A stretch of 64,000 bases of DNA, from the NCBI RefSeq assembly GCF_009914755.1, contig NC_060937.1; one strand, given 5' to 3'. Origin of the DNA: the human T2T-CHM13v2.0 reference genome, Homo sapiens. This document shows positions 58,601-64,000 of the stretch, piece after piece. The number at the start of each line of letters is the position of its first letter. Position 1 is the first letter of the stretch. The notes under the pieces were generated by a model that was given only the letters and a program-made list of their open reading frames with translations, was not told the DNA's origin and made no database searches. The translations under genes were made by a program, and so were the position numbers.

Positions 58601-61600
58601 ATCAAAGTACCCAAAGCATGTATTATATACTGTACATAAAATATGAAAGTACATCAAATATATATTTTATTCTGTACATAAAATATCAAAGTACACTAAA
58701 TATATATTCTATAGTGTACATAAAATATCAAAGTACCCAAACTATACATTATATACTGTACATAAAATGTGAAATTACATCAAATATATATTATATTAGG
58801 TACATAAAATATGAAAGTACATCAAATATAGATTATATACTGTACATAAAATACCAAAGTACCCCAAATACATATTATATACTGTACATGAAATATCAAA
58901 GTTCACAAACTATATATTATATACTGTACATAAAATATCAAAGTACCCAAGGTATATATTCTATACTGTACAAAAAATATCAAAGTACCCCAAGCAAGTA
59001 TTATATACTGTACATAAAATATGAAAGTACATCAAATATATATTTTATTCTGTACATAAAGTATCAAAGTACACCAAATATATATTCTATAGTGTACATA
59101 AAATATCAAAGTACCCAAACTATACATTATATACTGTACATAAAATATGAAATTACATCAAATATATATTATATTAGGTACTTAAAATATGAAAGTACAT
59201 CAAATATAAATTATATACTGTACATAAAATACCAAAGTACCCCAAATATATATTATATACTGTACATGCAATATCAAAGTTCACAAACTATTTATCATAT
59301 ACTGTACATAAAATATCAAAGTACCGAAGGTATATATTCTATAGTGTACAAAAAATATGAAAGTACGCAAAGTATGTATTATACACTGTACATAAAATAT
59401 GAAAGTACATCAAATATATATTTTATTCTGTACATAAAATATCAAAGTACACCAAATATATATTCTATAGTGTACATAAAATATCAAAGTACCCAAACTA
59501 TACATTATATACAGTACATAAAATATGAAATTACATCAAATATATATTATAATAGGTACATAAAATATGAAAGTACATCAAATATAAATTATATACTGTA
59601 CATAAAATACCACAGAACCCCAAATATATATTATATACTGTACATGAAATATCAAAGTTCACAAACTATATATTATATACTGTATATAAAATATCAAAGT
59701 ACCCAAGGTATATATTCTATACTGTACAAAAAATATCAAAGTACCCAAAGCATGTATTATATACTGTTCATAAAATATGAAAGTACATCAAATATATATT
59801 TTATTCTGTACATAAAATATCAAAGTACAGCAAATATATATTCTATAGTGTACATTAAATATCAAAGTACCCAAACTATACATTATATACTGTACATAAA
59901 ATATGAAATTACATCAAATATATATTATATTAGGTACATAAAATATGAAAGTACATCAAATATAGATTATATACTGTACATAAAATACCAAAGTACCCCA
60001 AGTACATATTATATACTGTACATGAAATATCAAAGTTCACAAACTATATATTATATACTGTACATAAAATATCAAAGTACCCAAGGTATATATTCTATAC
60101 TGTACAAAAAATATCAAAGTACCCAAAGCAAGTATTATATACTGTACATAAAATATTAAAGTACATCAAATATATATTTTATTCTGTACATAAAGTATCA
60201 AAGTACACCAAATATATATTCTATAGTGTACATAAAATATCAAAGTACCCAAACTATAAATTATATACTGTACATAAAATATGAAATTACATCAAATATA
60301 TATTATATTAGGTACTTAAAATATGAAAGTACATCAAATATAAATTATATACTGTACATAAAATACCAAAGTACCCCAAATATATATTATATACTGTACA
60401 TGCAATATCAAAGTTCACAAACTATATATCATATACTGTACATAAAATATCAAAGTACCGAAAGTATATATTCTATAGTGTACAAAAAATATGAAAGTAC
60501 GCAAAGCATGTATTATATACTGTACATAAAATATTAAAGTACATCAAATATATATTTTATTCTGTACATAAAACATCAAAGTACACCAAATATATATTCT
60601 ATAGTGTACATAAAATATCAAAGTACCAAACTATACGTTATATACAGTACATAAAATATGAAATTACATCAAATATATATTATAATAGGTACATAAAATA
60701 TGAAAGTACATCAAATATACATTATATACTGTACATAAAATACCAAAGAACCCCAAATATATATTATATACTGTACATGAAATATCAAAGTTCACAAACT
60801 ATATATTATATACTGTATATAAAATATCAAAGTACCCAAGGTATATATTCTATACTGTACAAAAAATATCAAAGTACCCAAAGCATGTATTATATACTGT
60901 TCATAAAATATGAAAGTACATAAAATATATATTTTATTCTGTACATAAAATATCAAAGTACACCAAATATATATTCTATAGTGTACATAAAATATCAAAC
61001 TACCCAAACTATACATTATATACTGTACATAAAATATGAAATTACATCAAATATATATTATATTAGGTACATAAAATATGAAAGTACATCAAATATAGAT
61101 TATATACTGTACATAAAATACCAAAGTACCCCAAATACATATTATATACTGTACATTAAATATCAAAGTTCACAAACTATATATTATATACTGTACATAA
61201 AATATCAAAGTACCCAAGGTATATATTCTATACTGTGCAAAAAATATCAAAGTACCCAAAGCAAGTATTATATACTGTACATAAAATATGAAAGTACATC
61301 AAATATATATTTTATTCTGTACATAAAATATCAAAGTACACCAAATATATATTCTATAGTGTACATAAAATATCAAAGTACCCAAACTATACATTATATA
61401 CTGTACATAAAATATGAAATTACATCAAATATATATTTCTTTAGGTACATAAAATATGAAAGTACATCAAATATAGATTATATACTGTACATAAAATATC
61501 AAAGTACCCCAAATATATATTATATACTGTACATGAAATATCAAAGTTCACAAACTATATATTATATACTGTACATAAAATATCAAAGTACCCAAGGTAT

Positions 61601-64000
61601 ATATTCTATACTGCACAAAAAATATCAAAGTACCCAAAGCATGTATTATATACTGTACATAAAATATGAAAGTACATCAAATAAATATTTTATTCTGTAC
61701 ATAAAATATCAAAGTACACCAAATATATATTCTATAGTGTACATAAAATATCAAAGTACCCAAACTATACATTATAAACTGTACATAAAATATGAAATTA
61801 TATCAAATATATACTATATTATGTACATAAAATATGAAAGTACATCAAATATAGATTATATACTGTACATGAAATACCAAAGTACCCCAAATAAATATTT
61901 TATACTGTACATGCAATATCAAAGTTCACAAACTATATATTATATACTGTACATAAAATATCAAAGTACCGAAGGTATATATTCTATACTGTACAAAAAA
62001 TATCAAAGTACCCAAAGCATGTATTATATACTGTACATAAAATAAGAAAGTACATCAAATATATATTTTATTCTGTACATAAAATATCAAAGTACACCAA
62101 ATATATATTCTATAGTGTACATAAAATATCAAAGTACCCAAACTATATATTATATACTGTACATAAAATATGAAATTACATCAAATATATATTATATTAG
62201 GTACATTAAATATGAAAGTACATCAAATATAAATTATATACAGTACATAAAATACCAAAGTACCCCAAATATATATTATATACTGTACATGCAATATCAA
62301 AGTTCACAAACTATATATCATATACTGTACATAAAATATCAAAGTACCGAAGGTATATATTCTATACTGTACAAAAAATATCAAAGTACGCAAAGCATGT
62401 ATTATATACTGTACATAAAATATGAAAGTACATCAAATATATATTTTATTCTGTACATAAAATATCAAAGTACACCAAATATATATTCTATAGTGTACAT
62501 AAAATATCAAAGTACCCAAACTATACATTACATACTGTACATAAAATATGAAACTACATCAAATATATATTATAATAGGTACATAAAATATGAAAGTACA
62601 TCAAATATAAATTATATACTGTACATAAAATACCAAAGAACACCAAATATATATTATATACTGTACATGAAATATCAAAGTTCACAAACTATATATTATA
62701 TACTGTATATAAAATATCAAAGTACCCAAGGTATATATTCTGTACTCTATAAAAAATATCAAAGTACCCAAAGCATGTATTATATACTGTTCATAAAATA
62801 TGAAAGTACATCAAATATATATTTTATTCTGTACATAAAATATCAAAGTACACCAAATATATATTCTATAGTGTACATTAAATATCAAAGTACCCAAACT
62901 ATACATTATATACTGTACATAAAATATGAAATTACATCAAATATATATTATATTAGGTACATAAAATATGAAAGTACATCAAATATAGATTATATACTGT
63001 ACATAAAATACCAAAGTACCCCAAATACATATTATATACTGTACATGAAATATCAAAGTTCACAAACTATATATTATATACTGTACATAAAATATCAAAG
63101 TACCAAAAGTATATATTCTATACTGTACAAAAAATATCAAAGTACCCAAAGCATGTATTATATACTGTACATAAAATATGAATGTACATCAAATATATAT
63201 TTTATTCTGTACATAAAATATCAAAGTACACCAAATATATATTCTATAGTGTACATAAAATATCAAAGTACCCAAACTATACATTATATACTGCACATAA
63301 AATATGAAATTACATCAAATATATATTATATTAGGTACATAAAATATGAAAGTACATCAAATATATATTATATACTCTACATAAAATACCAAAGTACCCC
63401 AAATACATATTATATACTGTACATGCAATATCAAAGTTCACACACTATATATTATATACTGTACATAAAATATCAAAGTACCGAAGCTATATATTCTATA
63501 CTGTACAAAAAATATCAAAGTACCCAAAGCATGTATCATATACTGTACATAAAATATGAAAGTACATCAAATATATATTTAATTCTGTACATAAAATATC
63601 AAAGTACACCAAATATATATTCTATAGTGTACATAAAATATCAAAGTACCCAAACTATACATTATATACTGTACATAAAATATGAAATTACATCAAATAT
63701 ATATTACATTAGGTACATAAAATATGAAAGTACATCAAATATAGATTATATACTGTACATAAAATACCAAAGTACCCCAAATACATATTATATACTGTAC
63801 ATGCAATATCAAAGTTCACAAACTATATATTATATACTGTACATAAAATATCAAAGTACCCAAGGTATATATTCTATACTCTACAAAAAATATCAAACTA
63901 CGCAAAGCATGTATTATATACTGTACATAAAATATGAAAGTACATCAAATATATATTTTATTCTGTACATAATATATCAAAGTACACCAAATATATATTC
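46651..64000. repeat. Right HSat1A sub-array (subtype R): regular 378-bp 9-mers
   Basis: Diagnostic variants are caccAAATatat in most units, aaaaaTATCaaagtaccCAAagc, catGCaatatc, tatCatatac, accGaagg, aaatAcat and tatAAattat. No 168-bp partial duplications were seen, and one frame stays open for up to 3.6 kb (48215-51844). Confidence 0.9.
50145..62635. repeat. Three tandem copies of a ~4157-bp unit (11x378 minus 1 bp)
   Basis: ORF triplets 51911/56068/60226, 52477/56634/60792 and 52666/56823/60981. Private variants recur three times (accacagaac, acagcaaat, tttctttagg, ccaaactatacg 1-bp deletion, aaataagaaag, gaaactac). A 1-bp insertion (tacccaaaac, ~57228) occurs in copy 2 only. Confidence 0.93.

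Larger units (their letters stand above)
1..64000. repeat. Human Satellite 1A (HSat1A / SAR, classical Satellite I) tandem array: 42-bp monomers in a 378-bp 9-mer higher-order repeat
   Basis: A continuous 42-bp period, e.g. ctgtacataaaatatcaaagtacccaaactatacattatata, has GTAC sites alternately 17 and 25 bp apart, the classical 17+25 bp RsaI structure of Satellite I. Nine monomer types recur in fixed order. Read as 14-codon tags they are A QSSQTIYYILYIKY, B QSTQGIYSILYKKY, C QSTQSMYYILYIKY, D ESTSNIYFILYIKY, E QSTPD/NIYSIVYIKY, F QSTQTIHYILYIKY, G EITSNIYYIRYIKY, H ESTSNIDYILYIKY, I QSTPNIYYILYMKY (9x42=378; e.g. ORF starts 2561/2939 and 4241/4619). The family name is from recall of the known repeat, not a database search. 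Confidence 0.95.

Noticed and set aside
3101-61016. Short minus-strand and alternate-frame ORFs (60-95 aa, e.g. MLFFVQYRIY..., MKYRLYTVHK...)
   Set aside because: These are chance open stretches of the same repeat and were used only as positional markers.
1-64000. CRISPR-like repeat-spacer array (conserved gtacataaaatat core alternating with variable segments)
   Set aside because: The variable parts are homologous to each other and cycle with a fixed period of nine. There are no unique spacers, leader or cas genes.
1-64000. TATA-box-like, promoter-like or terminator motifs
   Set aside because: TATA-like strings occur in every monomer because of base composition, and nothing singles out any site.
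1-64000. Alpha satellite, HSat1B, HSat2/3 or telomeric repeat
   Set aside because: There is no 171-bp period or CENP-B box, no Alu-derived segment or ~2.4-kb unit, no CATTC motif and no TTAGGG.
1-64000. Assignment to a specific chromosome
   Set aside because: HSat1A occurs on several chromosomes and the window has no flanking unique sequence, so assignment needs alignment to a reference.

Overview
The whole 64 kb window is one uninterrupted, single-orientation AT-rich satellite array (roughly 20% GC by hand count of a monomer). It is built from a 42-bp monomer with two GTAC (RsaI) sites spaced 17 and 25 bp, and nine diverged monomers form a 378-bp higher-order repeat. This matches human classical Satellite 1A (HSat1A / SAR), which lies in (peri)centromeric and acrocentric short-arm heterochromatin; the chromosome cannot be determined from this window. 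I find no credible genes, RNA genes, CRISPR arrays or transposons, and the listed ORFs are artefacts of a repeat whose length is a multiple of 3. I did not find a novel protein-coding system. What is worth a second look is the array architecture. Two satellite subtypes meet at a sharp, out-of-register junction near 46,650. The left domain mixes 378-bp units with a 546-bp 13-mer variant and carries nested recent duplications (546, 1470, 2016, 2772, 4871 bp) plus a rearranged long-range copy at 28-37 kb offsets. The right domain contains three near-identical copies of a ~4157-bp (11x378) unit with an older 1134-bp period inside it. Offsets come from the ORF track and from shared rare variants read by eye, so boundaries are approximate.
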